Source of the DNA: an uncultured Spirochaetales bacterium
GTDB lineage: Bacteria; Myxococcota_A; UBA9160; PR03
Reading direction: 5' to 3'
Assembly: GCA_964353555.1 (NCBI GenBank)
Contig: CAYGWM010000004.1
Span: forward strand, 330-64,329
Length of the DNA stretch: 64,000 nucleotides
In this document: one piece after another, positions 23,506 through 32,616 of the stretch
Position numbering within the stretch: the first letter of the stretch is position 1
How the letters are laid out: every line of letters begins with the position of its first letter
Program-made: the position numbers and the translations under genes
Notes under the pieces: model-generated
Told to the model about the DNA's origin: nothing
The model's input: only the letters and a program-made list of their open reading frames with translations
Databases searched by the model: none

Positions 23506-23948
23506 CCGGCCCGGACGAGCGCCGTCTCGTGCTCTTCGAAGTCGGTGGTGGCGCCTACGCGTTGCCGATCGCCGACGTGATCGAGGTCACCGAGTGGTCG
23601 CAGCTCGCGGCGATTCCGACGCTGCCCGTGGGCGTCGCCGGCGTGATCAATCACCACGGCGACGCGCTGCCGATCGTTGCGCGCGACGCATTGCTCGAGG
23701 AACCGGCGACCGGGTCGCGGCCTGAACACGTTCTGGTGCTGGGCGCGCCCGGCGGTCAATCGGGACGCCTCGGCGTCCCGGTCGATCGGGTGCTGGGACT
23801 CGTGGACGCACCGGCTGGTCCGCCCCCGAGCGACGGACTCGTGGTGGAACGAAGACCGCTGCGCGGCCGCATCGTGGCTGTGCTCGACGCGGCGCGCCTG
23901 CTCGAACGAGCCCAGCGCGTGATCGAACAACAAGGAGGAAGAGCATGA
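23502..23948 (+). CDS. cheW: chemotaxis coupling protein CheW
   Basis: [21 protein letters not shown]...[15 protein letters not shown]; 4-nt overlap with the MCP stop. Confidence 0.88.
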   Translation: MTGPDERRLVLFEVGGGAYALPIADVIEVTEWSQLAAIPTLPVGVAGVINHHGDALPIVARDALLEEPATGSRPEHVLVLGAPGGQSGRLGVPVDRVLGLVDAPAGPPPSDGLVVERRPLRGRIVAVLDAARLLERAQRVIEQQGGRA

Positions 23949-24316
23949 CGGTTCGAGTCCTGGTCGCTGACGACGCGCGATTCATGCGGCAGCTGATTCG
24001 CGACATCATCGAGCCCGAAGGGTTCGAAGTGGTCGGCGAGGCGGCGGATGGCCGCGCTGCGGTCGAAGAGTTCTCGCGCTTGCAGCCCGACATCGTCACG
24101 ATGGACATCGTGATGCCGAAGCGCTCCGGCATCGACGCGGTGAAGGAGATCCTCGCACTCGATCCGAGCGCCAAGGTCGCGATGGTGAGCGCGCTCGGCC
24201 AGGAGGCGCTGGTGACGGAGGCGCTGCAGGCAGGCGCCTCCGACTACATCGTGAAGCCCTTCAAGCCCGACGCAGTGATCGAGACGCTGCGAAAGCTCGC
24301 CGAGAAGGCGCCGTAG
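23945..24316 (+). CDS. cheY: chemotaxis response regulator CheY
   Basis: Single REC domain: VLVADDARFMR...DIVTMDIVMPKRSG...SALG...YIVKPF. An ATGA overlap joins it to cheW. Confidence 0.9.
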   Translation: MTVRVLVADDARFMRQLIRDIIEPEGFEVVGEAADGRAAVEEFSRLQPDIVTMDIVMPKRSGIDAVKEILALDPSAKVAMVSALGQEALVTEALQAGASDYIVKPFKPDAVIETLRKLAEKAP

Positions 24317-24717
24317 TGGATATCGCCAAGTATCGGAACCTCTTCCTGGAAGAGGCGACCGAACACCTGGCCGAGATCGGGCAGGCGCTGCTCACGCTCG
24401 AGAAGGATTCGCGCGCCAGCGCGGAGATCGACACCGTGTTCCGCTTGATGCACTCGATGAAGGGCATGGGTGCGTCGCTCGGCTACGACGCGGTGAGCGA
24501 ACTCGCGCACCGCCTCGAAGACCGGCTCGGCGCCTGGCGCAAATGCGGGCGGATCGACGATGCAGAGGGCGTCGCGGTGTTGTTCCGCGGCCTCGAGAGC
24601 CTCGAGCGCATGGTGGCCGTCGTGCGCGATACCGGCGAGCCGCCGCCGTCCGATGCGGCGCTGCTCGCGGCGCTCGACGACCCCGAGTCGCCAAAAAAAG
24701 CGCGGCGCCTGTCGTAG
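24316..24717 (+). CDS. cheA: CheA histidine phosphotransfer (P1/Hpt) domain, zero-frame product (133 aa)
   Basis: GTG start overlapping the cheY stop. Hpt motif FRLMHSMKGMGASLG. The frame ends ...ESPKKARRLS-TAG, 18 nt after an A7 run. Confidence 0.85.
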   Translation: MDIAKYRNLFLEEATEHLAEIGQALLTLEKDSRASAEIDTVFRLMHSMKGMGASLGYDAVSELAHRLEDRLGAWRKCGRIDDAEGVAVLFRGLESLERMVAVVRDTGEPPPSDAALLAALDDPESPKKARRLS

Positions 24718-24736
24718 TCGAAACTACGGTGGGCGC
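24693..24736 (+). other. candidate -1 frameshift cassette: A AAA AAA heptamer, 5-nt spacer and 14-bp stem-loop
   Basis: The heptamer A_AAA_AAA (24693-24699) is in the correct phase of the Hpt frame (cc[A AAA AAA]gcg). The spacer is 24700-24704. The stem 24705-24718 pairs with 24723-24736 (11 Watson-Crick plus 3 G-U pairs, CGAA loop). The zero-frame TAG (24715-24717) lies inside the stem. The -1 frame is open and reads directly into the CheA dimerisation/kinase domains. Confidence 0.45.
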
Positions 24737-25934
24737 GTCGCCCGCTCGCGCGAACGTCGAGCCGGTGCGCGCGACCGTACCGCGACCGCCGCCCTCGGTG
24801 CGCGTTCCCAACGAGACGCTCGACCGATTCCTCAGCACGGTGGGTGAAGTGATCCTCACCACCAGCCAGTTGCGCACCGCGGCCGAGACCAACGGCATCG
24901 GTCAGGACGCGCGTCTGTCCGGCGGCTTCGATCAGATGGATCGCGTGGTCGGCGAACTGAAGCGTCGCGCGCTCGCGCTGCGCACGACACCGCTGCTGCG
25001 CGTGATGGAGAATCTCCCGCGTGTGGCGCGCGAGGTCGCGACGCGCACCGGCAAGCGCGTCGAGGTGACGCTCGTCGGCGCCGAGCTGGAGCTGGATCGC
25101 TCGATCCTCGATCGGCTCTACGACCCGCTCGTCCATCTGGTGCGCAACGCGGTCGATCACGGCCTCGAGTCGCCCGAAGCGCGCAAACAGGCCGGCAAGT
25201 CCGAGTCGGGTGCGCTGCGCATCGAGGCGACGCGCGAGAAGGACGCGATTCGCATCGCCGTCAGCGACGACGGCGCGGGCATGAACCTCGTCGCGCTGCG
25301 CGAGCGCTCGGTCGCGGCAGGGCTCGTCCACGCGACGCTCGCTGAGGATCTCCCGCCCGAAGAACTCGTCGAGCTGGCCTTTCGCCCGGGGCTTTCGACG
25401 GCCGCGCGCGTCTCGGACATTTCCGGCCGCGGCGTCGGCATGGATGCGGTTCGGTCGACGCTCGAGTCGCTCGGCGGCGCGGTGTGGCTGGAAACGCGCC
25501 CGGGCGCCGGGACCACCGCCATGCTGCGCGTTCCGATCGCGGCCGCGGTGCAGCGCGTACTGCTGGTCGTTCTCGGCGGCGAGACGGTCGCGGTCCCGAT
25601 CTCGAAAGTGGAGCGAATCGTGGAACTCGAGTCCGGCGCGATCGAGGGCAGCGCGGGCGAGTGCTTCGCGCTGATCGACGAGGAGCCGGTGCTCGTGCTC
25701 GATCTCGCGCAGCGACTCGGCTGGCCGACCGCAACGAACGCTGCGGCGCCACTCGTGATCGCGGATCTGCGTGGCGAGCGCGTCGCGCTCCGCGTCGACA
25801 AGCTCGCCGGTCAGCAGGACATCTATGTGAAGCCGCTGCCAGCACTGCTCGCGTCGCTGCGCGTGCTCGCAGGTCTGACGGTGCTCGGCGATGGCCGGCC
25901 CGTCTTCCTGCTCGACCTGAACCAGTTGCGCTAG
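24729..25934 (+). CDS. cheA: CheA kinase core (dimerisation P3, HATPase P4, CheW-like P5); either the -1 frame continuation of the Hpt ORF or an independent GTG start
   Basis: VRVPNETLDRFLSTVGEVIL (P3), N box LVHLVRNAVDHGLE, G1 box SDDGAGM, G2 box GRGVGMDAV, and P5 QRVLLVVLGGETVAVPISKVERI. The first in-frame start after the Hpt stop is GTG 24729. The track ATG at 24543 lies inside the Hpt ORF and is not credible. Confidence 0.85.
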   Translation: MGASPARANVEPVRATVPRPPPSVRVPNETLDRFLSTVGEVILTTSQLRTAAETNGIGQDARLSGGFDQMDRVVGELKRRALALRTTPLLRVMENLPRVAREVATRTGKRVEVTLVGAELELDRSILDRLYDPLVHLVRNAVDHGLESPEARKQAGKSESGALRIEATREKDAIRIAVSDDGAGMNLVALRERSVAAGLVHATLAEDLPPEELVELAFRPGLSTAARVSDISGRGVGMDAVRSTLESLGGAVWLETRPGAGTTAMLRVPIAAAVQRVLLVVLGGETVAVPISKVERIVELESGAIEGSAGECFALIDEEPVLVLDLAQRLGWPTATNAAAPLVIADLRGERVALRVDKLAGQQDIYVKPLPALLASLRVLAGLTVLGDGRPVFLLDLNQLR

Positions 25935-25946
25935 GAGCCTGCTCGC

Positions 25947-26519
25947 ATGCAGAACGTGGCGTTCCACGACGTTGGAGAAGAGTTGGATCGGCTCTGCGAA
26001 CTGGCCAACGTGGGCGCAGGTCACGCTGCGACGGCGCTGGCGCGGCTGATCCGCCGTCCGATCTGGATGTCGGTCCCACGCGTGCGGATGGGAACCGCAG
26101 CGACCGGCCTGACGCCGCTCGCGGACGACGACGCCTGGATCTTCTTCGCAGTGGAGGGCGCGATGGGCGGCGCGCTCGTGTTGCGACTGCCGGGTTCGTC
26201 GCGCCACCTGCTCGTTCACGAGCTGGTCGGCGCCGAGGCTTCGGCGTCGCACGCGGAGTCCGCGTTGCGCGAGGTGGGCAACATCCTGGCTTCGCACGCG
26301 CTCTCCGCGGTCGCCGATCTCGTGGGTACGCGCGCGCTGCCATCGCTACCGAGCCTGGTCTTCGACGCGGCGGGTCCTGCGCTCGCTGCGTGGCGAACGC
26401 GCGCGGTGGGCCGTGTCTGCATCGAGACGCACCTGGTCGACGAAGCAGGGCTCTCGCACGTCGAGCTGGTGTGGATTCCGGCGGAGGTTCCCGGCGAAGC
26501 AGCACGCGGGCCCTTCTGA
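25947..26519 (+). CDS. cheC: CheY-P phosphatase CheC
   Basis: Both CheC active-site motifs D/S-x3-E-x2-N-x22-P are present with exact spacing: DRLCELAN-x22-P and SALREVGN-x22-P. The block ELANVGAGHAATALARL is typical of CheC. Confidence 0.8.
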   Translation: MQNVAFHDVGEELDRLCELANVGAGHAATALARLIRRPIWMSVPRVRMGTAATGLTPLADDDAWIFFAVEGAMGGALVLRLPGSSRHLLVHELVGAEASASHAESALREVGNILASHALSAVADLVGTRALPSLPSLVFDAAGPALAAWRTRAVGRVCIETHLVDEAGLSHVELVWIPAEVPGEAARGPF

Positions 26520-26533
26520 TACCGTGCGCCGCC

Positions 26534-27283
26534 GTGGATCGCGATCGACTGCGAGCGTTGCTCGAGGGCGTGCAGCGCGGCGAGGTGGAACCCTCGGAGG
26601 CGCTCGACCGCCTCGCCCATCTCCCCTTCGTCGACACGCCGCACGCGCGCGTCGATACGCATCGCGCGCTGCGGTCGGGTCTACCCGAGGTCGTGTATGG
26701 GCCGGGCAAGACGGTCCAACAGATCGCCGAGGTCGTGCGCGCGCAGCGCGCCGCCGGACTCTCCGTGCTGGTGACGCGCGTCGATCCCGCCATCGCCGAC
26801 GCGGTACTGCGCGAGGTGCCTGGCGGCGAGCACGACGTTCCCGCGCGGCTGCTCTGCTACGCCGACGGCGAGGCGCCGATCCGTGGCAAAGGCACGGTGC
26901 TGGTGGTGTCTGCCGGAACCTCGGATCTCCCCGTGGCAGCCGAGGCGGCCGGCGTCGCGCGGCACTACGGGAATCCGGTCGAGACGCTGCATGACGTCGG
27001 TGTCGCCGGGATCCACCGTCTGCTCGCGTCCTCGGAGCAGCTCCGCAAGGCGCGCGTGTTGATCGTGGTGGCGGGGATGGAAGGCGCGCTGCCGTCGGTG
27101 GTGGGCGGCATGGTCGACAAGCCGGTGATCGCCGTGCCGACCAGCGTCGGCTATGGCGCGTCGTTCGGCGGCGTTGCCGCGCTGCTCGGCATGCTGACCA
27201 GCTGTGCGTCGAACGTGTGTGTAGTCAACATCGACAACGGATTCGGGGCCGCCCATGTCGCAACGCTCATCAACCGCCTCTAG
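26534..27283 (+). CDS. larB: nickel-pincer cofactor biosynthesis protein LarB (PurE-like carboxylase/hydrolase)
   Basis: Internal GTG of a long track ORF. VVYGPGKT...VLVVSAGTSDLPVAAEAA...HDVGVAGIHRLL...VVAGMEGALPSVVGGMVDKPVIAVPTSVGYGASFGGVAALLGMLTSCASNVCVVNIDNGFGAA closely matches the LarB family. Confidence 0.85.
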   Translation: MDRDRLRALLEGVQRGEVEPSEALDRLAHLPFVDTPHARVDTHRALRSGLPEVVYGPGKTVQQIAEVVRAQRAAGLSVLVTRVDPAIADAVLREVPGGEHDVPARLLCYADGEAPIRGKGTVLVVSAGTSDLPVAAEAAGVARHYGNPVETLHDVGVAGIHRLLASSEQLRKARVLIVVAGMEGALPSVVGGMVDKPVIAVPTSVGYGASFGGVAALLGMLTSCASNVCVVNIDNGFGAAHVATLINRL

Positions 27284-28697
27284 CAAATCCGGGAAGCGGC
27301 GAAGTGCCGAGAGCGTCGCAGCGCGAAGCGCGTCGAAGTCGAAGCCGGATGCGGTCCAGCATGCCGCGGCGGGACCGCGAATCCTGCACCTCGACGCATT
27401 CTCGGGCATCGCGGGCAACATGTTGCTCGGCGCACTGCTCGATCTCGGACTTCCCAAGCGCGTACTCGAGGCCGACCTGGCCGGCCTCGACGTTCCGTTC
27501 CGGCTCGCCGTGACGCGCGTCACGCGCGGCCCGCTCGACGCCAACTACGTCGAAGTGCTGCTCCCGCAGCCGCGACCGGGGCGCGCCCGCGTACATCGCC
27601 ACGGCCGGCTCGTGCATGCGCACGAGCATGGCGACGATCAGCATCGCCATGGCCGCCACGAGCATTTGCACGATCACGGCCGGACCTATCGCGAGATCCG
27701 CCGGTTGATCTCGCGCGCGAAGCTGACGCCCAGCGTGCGCGACCGTGCGCTCGCGATCTTCGAGGCGCTCGCGACCGCCGAGGCGCGCGTGCACGGCACG
27801 GCGGTCGACGACGTGCACTTCCACGAAGTGGGGGCGGTGGACGCGATCGTGGACGTCACCGGCGTTGCCGTCGGTCTGCATCGGCTGGGAATCGAACGCA
27901 TCACCTGTTCGCCGCTGCCGCTCGGGCACGGTTCGGTCAGCTCCGATCACGGTATGCTGCCGCTGCCGGCGCCGGCGACCCTCGAGCTGCTGCGCGGTGT
28001 CCCGATCGTTCCGGCCGGCATCGATTGGGAAACGGTGACGCCGACCGGCGCGGCGATCGCGCGCACGATCGTCGACGAATTCTGCACGTTGCCCGCCATG
28101 CACGTCGAAGCGATCGGGATCGGCGCGGGCAACGAGCGCGCGGGAGGTCTGCCCAACGTGCTGCGTGCCGTGCTCGGTCGCGGCGCGGGTTTCGGCGGGG
28201 ATCGCGTCGTGGTGCTGGAAACGCACGTCGACGACCTCAATCCCGAGCACTTCGAGTATCTGATGGAGCGTCTCTTCGAAGCCGGCGCGCTCGACGTCGC
28301 GCTGATGCATCTGCAGATGAAGAAGAATCGACCGGGTTTTGCGATCCGCGTGCTCGCGCGCCCGGCGGAACGCGAGGTGCTGGCTCGCGTGCTCTTCGCA
28401 GAGTCCACCACGCTCGGCGTGCGTGTCGCCGAGATGGAGCGCGTCGTGCTGACGCGCGAGGAACGCAAGGTTGCGACGCCATTCGGTTCGATCCGCGTCA
28501 AGATCGCGCGCGACCCGGGCGGTCGCGGCACGCCGTCGGCGGAATACGAGGACTGCAAGGTTGCGGCGAGACGCGCTGGTGTGCCGCTCCGGGAGGTGGT
28601 GCGTGCGGCCGAGGAGGCAGCCCGGATCCGCAATGGGATGGCCGTCGCGAGCAAACCAAATCGGCGCCCACGCCCGGTGAAGCGCCGGACGCGTTGA
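27255..28697 (+). CDS. larC: nickel insertion protein LarC (pyridinium-3,5-bisthiocarboxylate mononucleotide nickel chelatase, DUF111)
   Basis: ILHLDAFSGIAGNMLLGALLDLG and a His-rich nickel-binding stretch HRHGRLVHAHEHGDDQHRHGRHEHLHDHGR, then FHEVGAVDAIVD and a C-terminal DUF111 domain. It overlaps larB by 29 nt and has no alternative in-frame start. Confidence 0.85.
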   Translation: MSQRSSTASSKSGKRRSAESVAARSASKSKPDAVQHAAAGPRILHLDAFSGIAGNMLLGALLDLGLPKRVLEADLAGLDVPFRLAVTRVTRGPLDANYVEVLLPQPRPGRARVHRHGRLVHAHEHGDDQHRHGRHEHLHDHGRTYREIRRLISRAKLTPSVRDRALAIFEALATAEARVHGTAVDDVHFHEVGAVDAIVDVTGVAVGLHRLGIERITCSPLPLGHGSVSSDHGMLPLPAPATLELLRGVPIVPAGIDWETVTPTGAAIARTIVDEFCTLPAMHVEAIGIGAGNERAGGLPNVLRAVLGRGAGFGGDRVVVLETHVDDLNPEHFEYLMERLFEAGALDVALMHLQMKKNRPGFAIRVLARPAEREVLARVLFAESTTLGVRVAEMERVVLTREERKVATPFGSIRVKIARDPGGRGTPSAEYEDCKVAARRAGVPLREVVRAAEEAARIRNGMAVASKPNRRPRPVKRRTR

Positions 28698-28723
28698 CAA
28701 GCCCGCTCCGATCCTCCTAGCAT
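28694..28723 (+). promoter_or_regulatory. sigma70-type promoter for the histone-fold gene (TTGACA-18 nt-TAGCAT)
   Basis: A perfect -35 TTGACA at 28694-28699 includes the larC TGA. An 18-nt spacer precedes the -10 TAGCAT at 28718-28723. A GGAGGG Shine-Dalgarno at 28745-28750 lies 7 nt before ATG 28758. Confidence 0.4.
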
Positions 28724-28757
28724 GGCCGCTCACTTCAAAGGGCTGGAGGGTCTTTCG

Positions 28758-28982
28758 ATGGGGGAGCTTCCCAACGCGGTGGTCAAGCGGCTACTCGCCC
28801 AGCATGGGGGCGGGCTTCGCGTTTCTGGTTCGGCCATTGATGCGGCCGTCAAAGCGACCGAGGAATACCTCGCGCGGCTCGCGCGCGAATCGCAGGCGCT
28901 CGCCGTGGCCGACAAGCGCAAGACGGTGATGGACCACGACATCACCAAGGCGCGCGCCAAGATCGAGTCCGGCGGACTCTGA
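28758..28982 (+). CDS. histone-fold DNA-binding protein (archaeal HMf / bacterial Bd0055-like singlet histone), 74 aa
   Basis: MGELPNAVVKRLLAQHGGGLRVSGSAIDAAVKATEEYLARLARESQALAVADKRKTVMDHDITKA aligns by eye along its whole length with HMfB ([62 protein letters not shown]). The RVS and RKT(V/I)...DI landmarks are included. The internal ATG with a good SD is preferred over the track start at 28722. Confidence 0.75.
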   Translation: MGELPNAVVKRLLAQHGGGLRVSGSAIDAAVKATEEYLARLARESQALAVADKRKTVMDHDITKARAKIESGGL

Positions 28983-28996
28983 GGCTCGTCTCGGGG

Positions 28997-30352
28997 TCAG
29001 GCGCCAGCGCGCGAGCGTTGCTCGAGTCCCGCGAGGTACTCGATCCAGGCCGGCTCGTCGCCGTCGTCGAATCCGCAAAATTGCAGGCCATCGCCGGCGC
29101 TCGGTCCCGGCGTCGACTCGCCGAGTCGATACACCACCTCGGCCTCGACGTGCAGCGTCCTGCCGGTCTCCGGCAGATGCAACGCGAAGCGGCCCTGCGC
29201 GGGTGCCTCTCCCGATCCGCGCACGAGGCACCCTCCGCGCCCGATCTCCGTAGTGATGGCAGGTGCGTCGCAACCCGGCCACGAGACCGACAGGGCACGC
29301 TCGAAGCGCGCGAAACGACGTCGCCGGCGCTCGCTCGCGAGGTGAGCGAGTGCCGACGCGAGGCGCGCGGCATCGAGTGGTCCCGATAGATAGCCGCTTG
29401 CCCCAGCAACCTTGGCCGCGCTGCGGCGGTGGTCGCTCGGGCGCTCGTCGAAGAGCACGACGGGGAGATCGAGCACACCGGGCTGCGCGCGCAGCGCCGG
29501 CACCAGTTCGATGCCGTCGCCGCGATCGAGCCGGGTTTCGGCCAGCACCAGTTCGAATGAATGCGCGCGGAACGCCTCGATCGCAGCGGAGGCCGAAGTC
29601 ACGCAGCGCACCGCGAAGCCGCGCAGCCGCAGCGATTCCTGGAGTCCGTTTGCACCGGCCAGCTGGGAGCCGACGAGCAGCAGCGGCATGCCATGGGGCG
29701 TTCGCGGCGCGGGCAGGTCGCAGTTCTCATCGGGGGTGCGGCGCAAGGTCCCTTCTCGTTTGCGGCGCGCGAGGGCTTCGAGTCGCACCGTTACGGCAAT
29801 CTCGAGATCGGTGCTGGTGCGACACTTGGCGTCGAGCGCAAGAACGCGCTCTTCCGGGGCGGGGAGCGTGAGACCCGACAGCGGACCGCGAGAAGGCAGA
29901 ATCACGCGACCTGGCTCGACCACTGCGCCGCGCGCGCGCGGATCGTCGAGACCGAGCGAGAAACACCATTGCGGCGCGCCTTGCGAGACATCGACCTGCA
30001 CGCCCAGTTGATCGAGCCAGCGCCGCGCTTCGCGCAACACCGCGAGTCGCTGCGTCCAGGTGGCACGGATGCGGGCTTCGAGGTCCTCGGCCTTTTCGCA
30101 GTCGAGCACGCGAATCGGTGGCAGGTGGAACAGCGCGCGTGGCGCCATGCACTTGATGCGATCGTGGCCGAGCGTGTAGAAGCGCACCGCACGCAGCACG
30201 CGTGGGCCCTCGGGCGTTTCGAAGGGCATCGGCCCGAGTAGCAGCGTCGCGACCACGGCGCGGCCGCCAGGCAGCACTCCCGCTTCGAGGCCCATTGCCC
30301 GGAAGCGGCGTTCGAGCACGCGCTGGCGTCGCAGCTCCTCGGCCTCAGACAC
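28997..30352 (-). CDS. three-part signalling protein: unknown N-terminal domain, degenerate receiver (pseudo-REC) and C-terminal PilZ-like domain
   Basis: The REC-like region MPLLLVGSQLAG...FELVLAETRLDRGDGIEL has Glu in place of the phospho-acceptor Asp and lacks the N-terminal acidic pair. The PilZ-like end is RRRRFARF...TTEIGRGGCLV...GLQFCGF. The GTG at 30352 (GAGGGGG 9 nt upstream) is preferred; ATG 30295 is an alternative. The track start at 30541 overlaps groEL and its terminator hairpin. Confidence 0.6.
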   Translation of the reverse strand: MSEAEELRRQRVLERRFRAMGLEAGVLPGGRAVVATLLLGPMPFETPEGPRVLRAVRFYTLGHDRIKCMAPRALFHLPPIRVLDCEKAEDLEARIRATWTQRLAVLREARRWLDQLGVQVDVSQGAPQWCFSLGLDDPRARGAVVEPGRVILPSRGPLSGLTLPAPEERVLALDAKCRTSTDLEIAVTVRLEALARRKREGTLRRTPDENCDLPAPRTPHGMPLLLVGSQLAGANGLQESLRLRGFAVRCVTSASAAIEAFRAHSFELVLAETRLDRGDGIELVPALRAQPGVLDLPVVLFDERPSDHRRSAAKVAGASGYLSGPLDAARLASALAHLASERRRRRFARFERALSVSWPGCDAPAITTEIGRGGCLVRGSGEAPAQGRFALHLPETGRTLHVEAEVVYRLGESTPGPSAGDGLQFCGFDDGDEPAWIEYLAGLEQRSRAGA

Positions 30353-30461
30353 GCGGGTGAACCCCCTCGGGTCTTTCGACTGACTCGGCTGCGTGCTTGA
30401 GGACGGACCGCGCGTCGTCGCAGCAAGCTCCGGTCGCTGGCCACTCGCGACGGCGGCATGC

Positions 30462-30497
30462 GAAAGGCCCCTGGGACCGGGGTTCCAGGGGCCTTTC
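30462..30497 (-). terminator. stem-loop downstream of groEL (13-bp perfect stem GAAAGGCCCCTGG / CCAGGGGCCTTTC)
   Basis: Perfect inverted repeat 30462-30474 / 30485-30497, about 25 nt after the groEL stop. There is no clear U-tract, which is common in GC-rich genomes. Confidence 0.5.
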
Positions 30498-30521
30498 TCG
30501 AGCTCACGAACTTCGATCGGG

Positions 30522-32475
<1,954 letters not shown>

Positions 32476-32550
32476 GCACTCCTCCTCCATGTCTGTGATC
32501 CGGATGAATCCCGCCCGCGGACCGGGATGACCGCGGCCAGGGGAGCCGAT

Positions 32551-32577
32551 TTGGCACTCACCGGTCGCGAGTGCCAA
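32551..32577 (-). promoter_or_regulatory. CIRCE operator (HrcA binding site) upstream of groES
   Basis: TTGGCACTC-accggtcgc-GAGTGCCAA compares with the consensus TTAGCACTC-N9-GAGTGCTAA. It is a perfect 9-bp inverted repeat with exact N9 spacing, 76 nt upstream of groES. Confidence 0.88.
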
Positions 32578-32587
32578 AGGCTGCCGA

Positions 32588-32616
32588 AATGTATGGGCCG
32601 GCCCCTCGCGCTGCAA
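32588..32616 (-). promoter_or_regulatory. candidate sigma70 promoter of groESL (TTGCAG-17 nt-TACATT)
   Basis: On the minus strand, -35 TTGCAG is the rc of 32611-32616 and -10 TACATT is the rc of 32588-32593, with a 17-nt spacer. The CIRCE element begins 10 nt downstream of the -10, which is the usual arrangement. Confidence 0.5.

Noticed and set aside
24543-24728. The ATG at 24543 offered by the track as the start of the CheA kinase ORF.
   Set aside because: It lies 175 nt inside the well-supported Hpt ORF in another frame, and the encoded N-terminal extension (MRADRRCRGRRGVVPRPREPRAHGG...) is compositional noise. The kinase frame is entered either by frameshifting at 24693-24699 or at GTG 24729.
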